From: Nitrospirota bacterium
Lineage (GTDB): Bacteria; Nitrospirota; UBA9217
Length of the DNA: 64,000 bases
Assembly (NCBI GenBank): GCA_963818475.1
Contig: CAWFSF010000002.1
Span: 1 to 64,000 of the forward strand
Direction: 5' to 3'
A program made the translations under genes and the position numbers. The notes beneath the pieces were generated by a model, which worked only from the letters and a program-made list of their open reading frames with translations, did no database searches and was not told where the DNA came from. Positions 8,023 through 16,750 of this stretch are shown piece by piece. How positions within the stretch are numbered: position 1 is the stretch's first letter; the number at the start of each line of letters is the position of its first letter.

Positions 8023-10350
8023 TCAAGTTTTTTGAGCTCGCCCCCCAGCCGTTTTCCGAGCGCGGCAGGCCAGGACCGTCTTGAGACATCGGCCGATGCA
8101 GGCAGGCTGGTGACAGCGGTTTGAAAAGCGGCTGACGCGTTCAGCTACACTGCGACCGGCGGAAACAACGCCGTCCCCGGGATACCAGAGCGTTTCTTCG
8201 AAAGACGCTGCACTATGATGCCGGCCTTGAACAACACTCCCGCCAAGAGCATCCAGCAAAAGCGGAAATGCCGCGCTCTCCGGCCGGTAGACCAGCTTGT
8301 GGTCGGTATGGCGCCCCCAGAGCGTTCGCGCCGGTTCAGCCCGCCAGCAGGATTCGCACTTGATGCAGTTCTCATAATTCACCGTCACCCTGCCGCGGCC
8401 GGCAAAAGGCGGCGCATCGTAGCCATAGACGCGCGCCGGGCAGACCCACCAGAGCCCTGCCTGCGACATATCGCCCTGGGCCGCCGTCTTCTCAGGCCAG
8501 AGCGTCCTGATGTGCGATGCTGCTCCGACGCGGTAGGTGTTCGTTGCAAGCTTTGCTTCAAGGGAAAGCGCCGGCCTGATGGAATCGAGGTCGCGCGCTT
8601 TTTTCTGCGACTCGTTGTAAGCCATCACCGGCTCGGCAAGCAGCATCTGCACCGGAGTTTTCAGAACATAAAAACGGAACGCGTCCCAGAGCGCGGTACC
8701 GAGGGCAAGGCAGAACAGCGTCAGACCGAAAGCAGGAAGCATCGCAAGGTCGGTCAGCTTGATGCTCTGCAGCATGATGCGCACTGCCCGCCTGAGCTTT
8801 TTCTTGAAGGGTATCGTGTCGTTGGCGTAGACCTGTTCAAGCGCGGACATAAGCGCGGGAGCAGTTCTTTTGAGCAGGGAGCCGAGGGGCCAGGGAAGTG
8901 ATGCTGCCTCAACCTCCCTGCCATTGATATGCAGCACCACGCGGAGCTTCGGATCAGGCTCCGGGGTCAGCTTCAGGAGGTTCGTGACCCAGAGGCCCGG
9001 GGTGACCGGATTTATCAGAGAAAGCGCAAGGGGCTTTCCGAGCCTGAGGCTGCCGAAGGCGCGCAGGGTATCGATAAAAAGTTCCTTCAGACCGCGATAG
9101 GAGAGGATATGACTCCTGAGGAACCGGCCGGTATCGACAAGACCGCTGCCTGACAGGAAGTGGGCCGAGCCGCAGGCCACGTCCACGGTCCTGCCGAAGA
9201 GCACGCTCGATCGTCCGAAGTAAGCCGGCCAGGCGGAAAGATGCTCTGCATTCGCCCCGTAGACGCTTGCCTGGAGCGGATGGAGATATTCATGTGCAAG
9301 GTTTTTTGCATCAAAGGAACTGCCGCGTTTGAAGATGTTCTTTACCGCACGGCTGAAATAGAGGCCGGTGGCCGAGGCCGGGCCGGTGAAGTTCGGGAAT
9401 GGGAGGTCGATGCCGAGGCCCGCTGAAGCGCCGCCGACCACGAGCCCGTCTTCGACGAGCACCGGGCGCTCGCGCCACCCGCCGCTTCTGATGATCTTCG
9501 TGCCGTATGAGGAAAGTGTGGCGCCTTCAGTAAGCTCCTTGATAAAGGGAAGGCCGCGCATCCATTCGAACAGCCGGTCATGGTCGCCGCGATAGTTGTT
9601 CCGCACATTATCAAGCGGCACGACATATCCGATCGAAAGGCTGTCGCGGTTGGTGTAGAGGAACCCGCCGACATTCAGCTTCGCGGTCCGTCCGCCGATG
9701 GCCGCGTTCCTGAGGAGCAGCTCATAGGCAGCGCCTTCGCCCGGTTTGAGCCTGAAGCGCTGCTCGATCAGTTCAGGCTTGAGCGACAGGACCGCTTTCA
9801 CGCCCTGAAGATAGTGCGGCGCTGCCACGCGTTCAAGCTGCTCCGAGCGCACCAGGTGCGAAGCGTCGCCTTCGGCAAGGAACGTCACCCCTGCGTACAA
9901 CGGCCCGCAGTTCGTTTCCGCACCGATAACGCGGCCTTCTTTTCTGATGAGCGACGTGACCGTGGTGTTCGTAAGAAGGACAGCGCCTTTTTTGCGTGAC
10001 AGGTGGGCGAAGTAGGGATCGTAGACCGGCCGGAGCACGGTGTAGCAGTTCTTGAAAACAGCGGGGTCAGTGAGTTCTACACCGACCACATCAAGGCTGT
10101 TATGGAGCAGCGTTCCGCGGCGATGCACCGGCCGCTCATAGGGGGCTGCTGCCACGGCAGCAGGGCCGAAGCAGTCCTCTTCAGCAAGGTTCTCGGTAAA
10201 ATAGACGCAGCCCGACCAGTTCTCCGCCCCGGCATACACGCCGGCTTCGAGCAGCGCAACGGAGATGCCCGTCCCGGCAAGCGCTCCGGCAGCAGCCACG
10301 CCTGCCGGCCCGGCGCCGATCACGATGACGTCGAACCTGTACTGTTTCAT
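8023..10350 (-). CDS. FixC-like FAD oxidoreductase (ETF:quinone oxidoreductase) fused to a FixX-like ferredoxin (probable N-terminal part of a giant fusion)
   Basis: AGGAG RBS before ATG 10350; DVIVIGAGPAG, GFLYTNRDSLSIG; hydrophobic segment; CPARVY...CIKCESCW. Confidence 0.8.
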   Translation of the reverse strand: MKQYRFDVIVIGAGPAGVAAAGALAGTGISVALLEAGVYAGAENWSGCVYFTENLAEEDCFGPAAVAAAPYERPVHRRGTLLHNSLDVVGVELTDPAVFKNCYTVLRPVYDPYFAHLSRKKGAVLLTNTTVTSLIRKEGRVIGAETNCGPLYAGVTFLAEGDASHLVRSEQLERVAAPHYLQGVKAVLSLKPELIEQRFRLKPGEGAAYELLLRNAAIGGRTAKLNVGGFLYTNRDSLSIGYVVPLDNVRNNYRGDHDRLFEWMRGLPFIKELTEGATLSSYGTKIIRSGGWRERPVLVEDGLVVGGASAGLGIDLPFPNFTGPASATGLYFSRAVKNIFKRGSSFDAKNLAHEYLHPLQASVYGANAEHLSAWPAYFGRSSVLFGRTVDVACGSAHFLSGSGLVDTGRFLRSHILSYRGLKELFIDTLRAFGSLRLGKPLALSLINPVTPGLWVTNLLKLTPEPDPKLRVVLHINGREVEAASLPWPLGSLLKRTAPALMSALEQVYANDTIPFKKKLRRAVRIMLQSIKLTDLAMLPAFGLTLFCLALGTALWDAFRFYVLKTPVQMLLAEPVMAYNESQKKARDLDSIRPALSLEAKLATNTYRVGAASHIRTLWPEKTAAQGDMSQAGLWWVCPARVYGYDAPPFAGRGRVTVNYENCIKCESCWRAEPARTLWGRHTDHKLVYRPESAAFPLLLDALGGSVVQGRHHSAASFEETLWYPGDGVVSAGRSVAERVSRFSNRCHQPACIGRCLKTVLACRARKTAGGRAQKT

Positions 10351-10553
10351 GGTGGCTCCTTTTTGGATATGAGAAAATGCGGCTAGTGAAGTATGAGCGC
10401 GATTGACAGGGTGGCAGATCAAATGGGACAAACAAAGTATAGCAAAATTTTTATTATTTGGATACAATCTATACCATACTGCAAAGGTGCAGAACGCCTC
10501 AGTGGTTTGTGGTTGGTTTTGACACTCCGGTTCAATTAAGAGGTAGTCACGAT

Positions 10554-10787
10554 ATGAAGAACAGCATCGGCATTATTGTGTTGGCACTGACCATACTGGC
10601 GTTCCTCTTTTTCCTCTCCTCCCGCAAAAAAGCGCCGATGCTGCCGGATGACGAGGCACACAGACAGGTGCAGTCGAACTCCCTCTGCCAGACATGCCAT
10701 GCCCCTGGAAAACTGTCGCCCCTTAAGCCTTCCCATCCGCCCAAAGAGCAGTGCCTGTTGTGCCACAGAACAGAAAAAGCCCGATAG
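10554..10787 (+). CDS. Small membrane-anchored diheme cytochrome c
   Basis: N-terminal TM helix; CQTCH and CLLCH, plus two additional His residues. Confidence 0.8.
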   Translation: MKNSIGIIVLALTILAFLFFLSSRKKAPMLPDDEAHRQVQSNSLCQTCHAPGKLSPLKPSHPPKEQCLLCHRTEKAR

Positions 10788-11049
10788 ATCCCCTGCCTAA
10801 AATTATAGAAGCATTTTACCTGCAAACCGCAATTTCCCCGCTCCCGGCGCGTCTTTGCTGATTTTCTTTGACAAGAGAATCCATACGCCTTACTATTCTC
10901 CCAGAGCAGAAGGAGCGCAGCCCGGCTTCCCCTGCACCGCAACAAACTGCCGGGCTTCGTCTTCGTGTCCCTTTTATCGTATTCGCTCGCTCACCCTGTT
11001 CATGCACGGGAAACACGCTCAACGCTGCATTCATAACGGGAGGGATACC

Positions 11050-11628
11050 ATGGAAAGCTACCGCTACCAGCAGTTCCTGTATCTGATCATACCGCTCACC
11101 GTCGGCATCGAGTTCTTTCTGACCGCACAACAGGAGCGCAGGACCCTGAGCAAGGAAACGGCCGTTGCGGTCATGATGGATGTTGGAGGCTACCTCTTCA
11201 CGGCACTGGTCCCGGCGCTGTTCCTGTTCACCATTTTCAGCCTGTCCCGGCACCGCCTGCCGCTCCCTGAGCAGTTCCTGCACCGCATGGACCGCTACGG
11301 GGTCATGTTCTTTTTCCTCGGCTCCTGGTGGCAGATTTTCCTGATCACCGGCCTCCGCGCGCGGCGCGCCGCTGCTGCCGGGAAAGCGATCTTCACCTGC
11401 GTCTGGTGCCCTTATCTCGCGCTGGGCCTCTTCGTTTCCGCCCTGATCCTCTGGACCGCGCCCTTCGGCCTGATGTGGTTCTCGGTCTTCTGGTTCGCGG
11501 CAAGCTACGGGATCCTCTATCTCTTCGACGTATCAGCCCCCAAGGTATCGAAGGTCTTTTTCGTCCTGGCCGGCATCACGTTCGTTTGCGAGAACTTTTT
11601 TTTCGTTATCCTCGACGCCATTATCTGA
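11050..11628 (+). CDS. Hypothetical polytopic membrane protein
   Basis: About six hydrophobic segments; purine-rich RBS before ATG 11050. Confidence 0.65.
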   Translation: MESYRYQQFLYLIIPLTVGIEFFLTAQQERRTLSKETAVAVMMDVGGYLFTALVPALFLFTIFSLSRHRLPLPEQFLHRMDRYGVMFFFLGSWWQIFLITGLRARRAAAAGKAIFTCVWCPYLALGLFVSALILWTAPFGLMWFSVFWFAASYGILYLFDVSAPKVSKVFFVLAGITFVCENFFFVILDAII

Positions 11629-11708
11629 GTTTTTCCCTGGGTCAGGAGAACTGCGCTTTGCCCTTGCCGCAAATCTGCTGCTATCCATGAGAACTGGAGA
11701 GGTGAGCC

Positions 11709-12320
11709 TTGGCGGAAAACAAAAGCCCCGGCAGCGACAAAGCGTGGGAGATCCTTGCGACGCTCGAACCCGTTGCCGTCTGCAGGGCAGCAGCGGCGTC
11801 CTATAACGGGGCGTCAGACGCCTACGCGGTCCAAGCGCTCGGCATGGAAGTCAGCGTTTCTCTGAAACAGCGGACCATCGCCGGCAGCTCTCCGGGAAGC
11901 GACAACCTGCTCCGGCAGCTCGGATACTTTTTCGAGCTCTCGGTCCTCTGGTACCTCGTGAGCGCAAAGGACATTGGCTGCACCGATCAGCTCGTTAATC
12001 TCCGGAGCATTAAAGGCGGCGAGATCTTTACCAAAGGCTCCCATGTGCTGCCGCTCGATCGTGTAGCGATGAAGTATGGAAAGGACCGGGAAGGATTTCT
12101 GAAACGAGGGCTGGAACTCGGCGGGGACGTGATGAGAATCGGCGATGCATCAGTGCAGCTCTTCCCCTTTCCGCGAATACCTGCGGTCATGACGCTCTGG
12201 CTGGAGGATGAGGAGTTCCCGGCCCGGGCCGATTTGCTGTTCGATTCCACCTGCGGCCTGCAGGTCCCGGTCGACATTCTCTGGTCGATCGCCATGATGA
12301 CCGTGCTGGCCATGAAGTGA
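11709..12320 (+). CDS. DUF3786 domain protein
   Basis: GDAS...PFPRIP...LWLEDEEFPARADLLFD motif. Confidence 0.8.
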   Translation: MAENKSPGSDKAWEILATLEPVAVCRAAAASYNGASDAYAVQALGMEVSVSLKQRTIAGSSPGSDNLLRQLGYFFELSVLWYLVSAKDIGCTDQLVNLRSIKGGEIFTKGSHVLPLDRVAMKYGKDREGFLKRGLELGGDVMRIGDASVQLFPFPRIPAVMTLWLEDEEFPARADLLFDSTCGLQVPVDILWSIAMMTVLAMK

Positions 12321-12400
12321 TCACCGGCATCTCTTGAGAACCGCGTCTGCCCGGACCCTGAGCAGGCCGGATGCATGCGGAGCATGGCAGATATGGATCT

Positions 12401-14146
12401 TCAACAGTACAAGGGATCTGCGCAGGTCAGCACCTGCTCGCTTTTGCTGCCGCTCCGGAATATAGTGATGCCCTTCACGCCTTCTTGCCAGGCAAGCAAA
12501 AAGGCTTTCCGAACATCCTCCTTCGTTGACCCGGGCGGGAAGTTGATGGTCTTGGACACGGCATTGTCCGTAAAGCGCTGGAATGCCGCCTGCATGCGGA
12601 CATGCCATTCCGGGGCAATGTCGAAAGCGGTCACGAACAACCGTTTCAGGTCCTGCGGCACGCCGGTCATGCGCTGGAGGGATTCCCCTGCGGTGATCCG
12701 CATAAGGAACTGGTCCGTATAAAAGCCGCGCGCTTTGGCAATCTCGATCAGATACTCATACACCTCGGGCAGAGCGACATCCTCGAGCACGTGGCGGGTG
12801 AACGACAGTGCAAAGAGCGGTTCGATGCCGCTCGAACATCCGGCGATAAGAGAAAGCGTTCCTGTCGGGGCCACCGTTGTCACGGTCGCGTTCCTGAGCC
12901 TCGGCCCCTGCTCCCTGTCGTATCTGCTCCCGGGAAAATTCGGGAATACCCCCCGCTCCCTGGCCAGTTCCTCGGACATTCCCCTGCCGGTCCTTTTGAT
13001 GAACTGCATGAGCTCTTCGCCGGTCCTGATCGCCGCTTCGGAATCGTAAGGGATGCCGAGCCGGATAAGCAGGTCCGCAAAACCCATGACCCCGAGGCCG
13101 ATCTTCCGGTTGCCCTTTGCCATGCCGTCGATCCGGTCGAGCGGGTAACGGCTCATATCGATCACGTTGTCCAGAAAATGCACGGATGTTCGCACGGTCC
13201 GCTCGAGCCTGTCCCAGTCGATCTCGTATCCGCTGCCCGTGCTCCTGAGCATCTTGAGCAGATTGATCGAACCCAGGTTGCAGGGCTCATAGGGCAGCAG
13301 GGGCTGTTCGCCGCAGGGGTTGGTGCTTTCCATCTCGCCGAGCTGCGGCGTGGGGTTGTCGCGATTGATCCGGTCGAGAAAGATGATGCCGGGATCGCCG
13401 GTCTTCCAGGCCATCTCCACGATCCGGTCGAAGACCTCGCGGGCCTTGAGTGTCCGCACCACCAATTTGTTGTGAGGATTGACAAGGTGAAGATCGCCGT
13501 CAACCTCGACAGCGCGCATGAAATCCTCATGCACCGCAACAGAGAGATTGAAGTTCGAAAGCTCCTTATTGTCAATCTTTGCCGTGATGAATTCCAGGAT
13601 ATCGGGATGGTCGACCCTGAGGATGCCCATGTTCGCGCCGCGGCGCATGCCCCCTTGTTTGATCACCTCCGTGGCCATGTTGAAGACCTGCATGAACGAC
13701 ACCGGGCCGCTCGCTGCGCCCCCCGTGGAATGCACAGAATCATTCCGGGGCCGCAGCCTGCTGAACGAAAAACCGGTCCCGCCGCCGCTTTGGTGGATGA
13801 GAGCGGTATTTTTGACGCTCTCGAATATGGACTCGAGCGAGTCCTCGACAGGAAGGACAAAACAGGCGGCGAGCTGCTGAAGGGGCCGGCCTGCGTTCAT
13901 CAGGGTCGGGGAGTTGGGAAGGAATTCAAGGCGCGACAGGATGCCGTAAAAATCGTCTTCGGTCTTCCGCCTCTCGGCATGATCATCGTACAAAAGATCG
14001 GCCTCTGCCACGTTCCCCGCAACCCGCTGGAACAGTTCTTCCGGCGATTCCATGACCCGCCCCTGTTCGTCCTTCTTGAGATAGCGACGGCTAAGAACGG
14101 TCAACGCATTTGCGGTAAGGTGCCCCTTTGTGGACATGACTGCCAT
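12401..14146 (-). CDS. nrdJ: Class II (adenosylcobalamin-dependent) ribonucleotide reductase
   Basis: FLPNSPTLMNAG, GGGTGF, RRGANM, TNPCGEQPL, CNLGS, APTGT, DNAVSKTIN; C-terminal Cys pair. Confidence 0.92.
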   Translation of the reverse strand: MAVMSTKGHLTANALTVLSRRYLKKDEQGRVMESPEELFQRVAGNVAEADLLYDDHAERRKTEDDFYGILSRLEFLPNSPTLMNAGRPLQQLAACFVLPVEDSLESIFESVKNTALIHQSGGGTGFSFSRLRPRNDSVHSTGGAASGPVSFMQVFNMATEVIKQGGMRRGANMGILRVDHPDILEFITAKIDNKELSNFNLSVAVHEDFMRAVEVDGDLHLVNPHNKLVVRTLKAREVFDRIVEMAWKTGDPGIIFLDRINRDNPTPQLGEMESTNPCGEQPLLPYEPCNLGSINLLKMLRSTGSGYEIDWDRLERTVRTSVHFLDNVIDMSRYPLDRIDGMAKGNRKIGLGVMGFADLLIRLGIPYDSEAAIRTGEELMQFIKRTGRGMSEELARERGVFPNFPGSRYDREQGPRLRNATVTTVAPTGTLSLIAGCSSGIEPLFALSFTRHVLEDVALPEVYEYLIEIAKARGFYTDQFLMRITAGESLQRMTGVPQDLKRLFVTAFDIAPEWHVRMQAAFQRFTDNAVSKTINFPPGSTKEDVRKAFLLAWQEGVKGITIFRSGSKSEQVLTCADPLYC

Positions 14147-14230
14147 TTCCCTGCCTCTATGAATATTTTACCACAGGGAAACAGCAGGAGACAGTGAATT
14201 AAACGGGCGACGACAAAAGGCAGGAATATT

Positions 14231-14351
14231 TCTCGCAAAGCTCGCAAAGGACGCCAAGAAAATCCTAAACCACGGACTGCTTTTTGGTTTTTAACCCAGA
14301 AAAGATTTGGACTCTCGGTTTCCTTTGCGCTCTTTGCGAGCTTTGCGAGAG
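14231..14351. repeat. Palindromic intergenic element, family B (CGCAAAG units)
   Basis: TCTCGCAAAGCTCGCAAAGGACGC...CTTTGCGCTCTTTGCGAGCTTTGCGAGA; second copy at 41356. Confidence 0.75.
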
Positions 14352-14430
14352 ACGCCTTGTGCTTCCGGGGTTGTCCGGTTAGGATTATGGGGCTTGATCA
14401 CGACTGATACGTTCAGCAAAACCACCGTAA

Positions 14431-15589
14431 CTACAGCCCCAGCACACCAACATGTTCGAGGACACTCTGCCGGATCCGGGCGGGCGGCTCCGGCTTCACC
14501 AGCTGCTGGCCGTGGTCAAGGGCCGGGACCAGCAGGTCGGTGAACGGCCCGTTGCAGGAGCAGTTGCTCCCGTAGACATCGTTCGGAACGATCTTCCGCT
14601 CGCCGCAGAGGGCGCACATGAGCACCCGCTTGCTTCCCGACCACTTGCCCCTCTTCGCGAGAGGCTTGCCGTCCACTTCGACGATGTCCATGGCGAAGTC
14701 GACCACCGGAGCGTTGCTGATGGTCGTCCCGATGCCGTAGCCCTGGACCACGGGATTCAGGCCGGGAATATCCTGCTCCTTGATGCCGCCGCTCACAAAG
14801 AACTTGACGTGTTTGAACCCCCGGAGATCAAGCTCCCACCGCGTTTCCTCCAGGATGCGGTAAAAGTTTCCGCGCCGCGACCCCGGCGTGTCGAACCGCA
14901 CGGCATAGAGCCGCTCGCCCAGGGCCTGCGCCACGTTCAGGGTCTCGAACTTCTCGTCCTGGAAGGTGTCGATGAGCGCCACGCGCCGGAGCTTTGGCTC
15001 CAGCACCTCGTCGTAGGCCTTGATCGCCTCCACGGTGGAGCCCATGCACAGGATGAGCGCGTGGGGCATGGTGCCCATGGGGTCCTCGCCGATAAGCTCG
15101 CCGGACTTTACCACGGCAACGCCGTCGCACCCGCCGATGAAGGCGTTCCGTTCGATCATGGGCGCGAGGATGGGATGCATCCGCCGCGCGCCGAAGCTCA
15201 TGACCACGCGGTCGCCGGCCAGCTTCTTCATTCTCGCAGCCCTGGTGGCGATGCCCGATGCCTGGCAGAGCAGGCCCAGTATTGCGGTCTCGTACACGCA
15301 GAAATCCTGATACCGTCCCTCGATCTCCAGGACCGGTCTCATAGGGATAAAAGACCGTCCCCTCCTTCATGGCCCTGACCTTGATATTGAGCTGCTTCAG
15401 GAGCGGAAGGGACTCGTCGATGCCCGTGAATACCGCCCATTTCCAGTCTTCCGGCAGGTTCTTGGCAATGACCTCAGCCTTTACCACGGGGTCGATCGCC
15501 CTTGCCTTCAGGATCCTGAGCGCCCGCTCGAAATACACATCCGTGATCTTCCCGTCAAGAATGTCCTTCGGGTCCGCGGTAAAGAACAT
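14431..15589 (-). CDS. pncB: Nicotinate phosphoribosyltransferase (one +1 frameshift near 15337, probably an assembly error)
   Basis: TDVYF N-terminus in one frame; SFGARRMHP, GTMPHA, VRFDTPGSRRG in the next frame. Confidence 0.85.
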
Positions 15590-15637
15590 GGTTACCTCCA
15601 ATTTCGGATTGCGGATTGAAAAAAGCTGAGCAACCTA

Positions 15638-15787
15638 AAAAACCTTTGACACAGATCAAATCGGATAAAAACCGGATAACTGCGGATTTTTCTTTTGGCT
15701 GATCTTTCACTCTTTCATGATTCTTTTTTATCCGCCCTTATCAGCTCTTACCGATTTTTCCGTGTTCATCCGTGTCAAAAGCTTTTC
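15638..15787. repeat. Palindromic intergenic element, family C (CGGATAA units)
   Basis: TTTGACACAGAT...CGGATAAAAACCGGATAA...TATCCG...ATCCGTGTCAAA. Confidence 0.65.
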
Positions 15788-15808
15788 AATCGGTATCCCT
15801 AATTTTTT

Positions 15809-16369
15809 TCACGCCGCTTTCTTCTCCGCGGCGTCCGTACCCGCTTTCACCAGCTTAGCGCCCAGAACGTTCTTCATGATACGAAGCGCAGCGATATGGT
15901 CTTCCTGGTCGATGCCCGCCACCCCGTCCTCCACCACCGTGACCGTTAAGTTGCGCAGGACAATTTCATAGGCCGTGAACAGGATGCAGATATGCGTTAC
16001 GCAGCCCATGAGCCTGATGGAATCTACTTCGAGCTTTTTCAGGATGTCGTCCAGATTCGTGCCGAAGAACGCGGAGTAGTCGCTCTTCCTCACCACCACG
16101 TCTCCCGGCCGGGGCGCAAGCTCGTCAATGATCTCTGCGCCTTTCGTCCCTCTTACGGCATGGGCCGGCCATCCGAACCTGGTGAACTCCTTGTCATCAG
16201 GAGCATGGGCATCGCAGACATAGATCACCGGTCTTCCTTCAGCCCGGGCGCCGTTCACTTCCTGTTGGATGTTCCCAACGATCTTGCGGTTATCCGGGAC
16301 CTCCAGGGGCGCGCCCGGCCGCACAAAATCGTTCAGCATGTCGATGATCAGCAAAGCTTCCTTTTTCAT
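15809..16369 (-). CDS. pncA: Nicotinamidase / isochorismatase-family cysteine hydrolase
   Basis: IIDMLNDF, DAH, WPAHAV, KSDYSAF, GCVTHIC; adjacent to pncB. Confidence 0.8.
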   Translation of the reverse strand: MKKEALLIIDMLNDFVRPGAPLEVPDNRKIVGNIQQEVNGARAEGRPVIYVCDAHAPDDKEFTRFGWPAHAVRGTKGAEIIDELAPRPGDVVVRKSDYSAFFGTNLDDILKKLEVDSIRLMGCVTHICILFTAYEIVLRNLTVTVVEDGVAGIDQEDHIAALRIMKNVLGAKLVKAGTDAAEKKAA

Positions 16370-16636
16370 GCCAATCACCTCCTCTTTGTACTTTCATTAT
16401 AATTGTAACACTTAAGCGATTTTTTGCATAAACAGCGAGGATGGTGTGAGAGGAAAGGGAAAAGTGGCTGGTAGCGGGATAGTCCTGTCAGGGCAGTGTA
16501 AAGGTCCTGTTATTTGTGGAGAGTTAACCGGTCCCTGCCTTGATGCGTCCATATTGCGGTCGAGGCTTTCGTTGTCTATCGTGATGGGGGTCAAAAAATG
16601 ACCCTTCAGGTTGCAAAAATCCTCGTTCTCTTTCAC

Positions 16637-16668
16637 TTGACAATCAGTCAAGAAATGATGTATATATT
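16637..16668 (+). promoter_or_regulatory. Sigma70-like promoter for the ncRNA
   Basis: TTGACA-N18-TATATA with no credible ORF downstream on this strand. Confidence 0.55.
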
Positions 16669-16671
16669 TAC

Positions 16672-16750
16672 TAGAAGCATTCAAAACCCTGCTTAACCGA
16701 AGTCTGACGTTATGCGTCAGATACTCATGTAGGTTAAGTGGGGTTTTCTA
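16672..16750 (+). ncRNA. DUF3800-associated structured RNA candidate
   Basis: 16-bp outer stem AAAACCCUGCUUAACC/GGUUAAGUGGGGUUUU, with G-U pairs only on the + strand, enclosing a UCUGACG/CGUCAGA hairpin; abuts the 3' end of the DUF3800 gene. Confidence 0.65.

Noticed and set aside
2447-10350. Nitrogen-fixation fixABCX operon
   Set aside because: No nif genes, and the module is joined to acyl-CoA dehydrogenase domains.
12602-14197. Long antisense ORFs (also 20391-21845, 35857-37059, 54564-56141)
   Set aside because: Shadows of GC-rich genes on the opposite strand, with no recognisable motifs.
14431-15589. Programmed ribosomal frameshifting in pncB and other split genes
   Set aside because: No slippery sequences, and the same break type occurs throughout the window, which is better explained by sequencing error.
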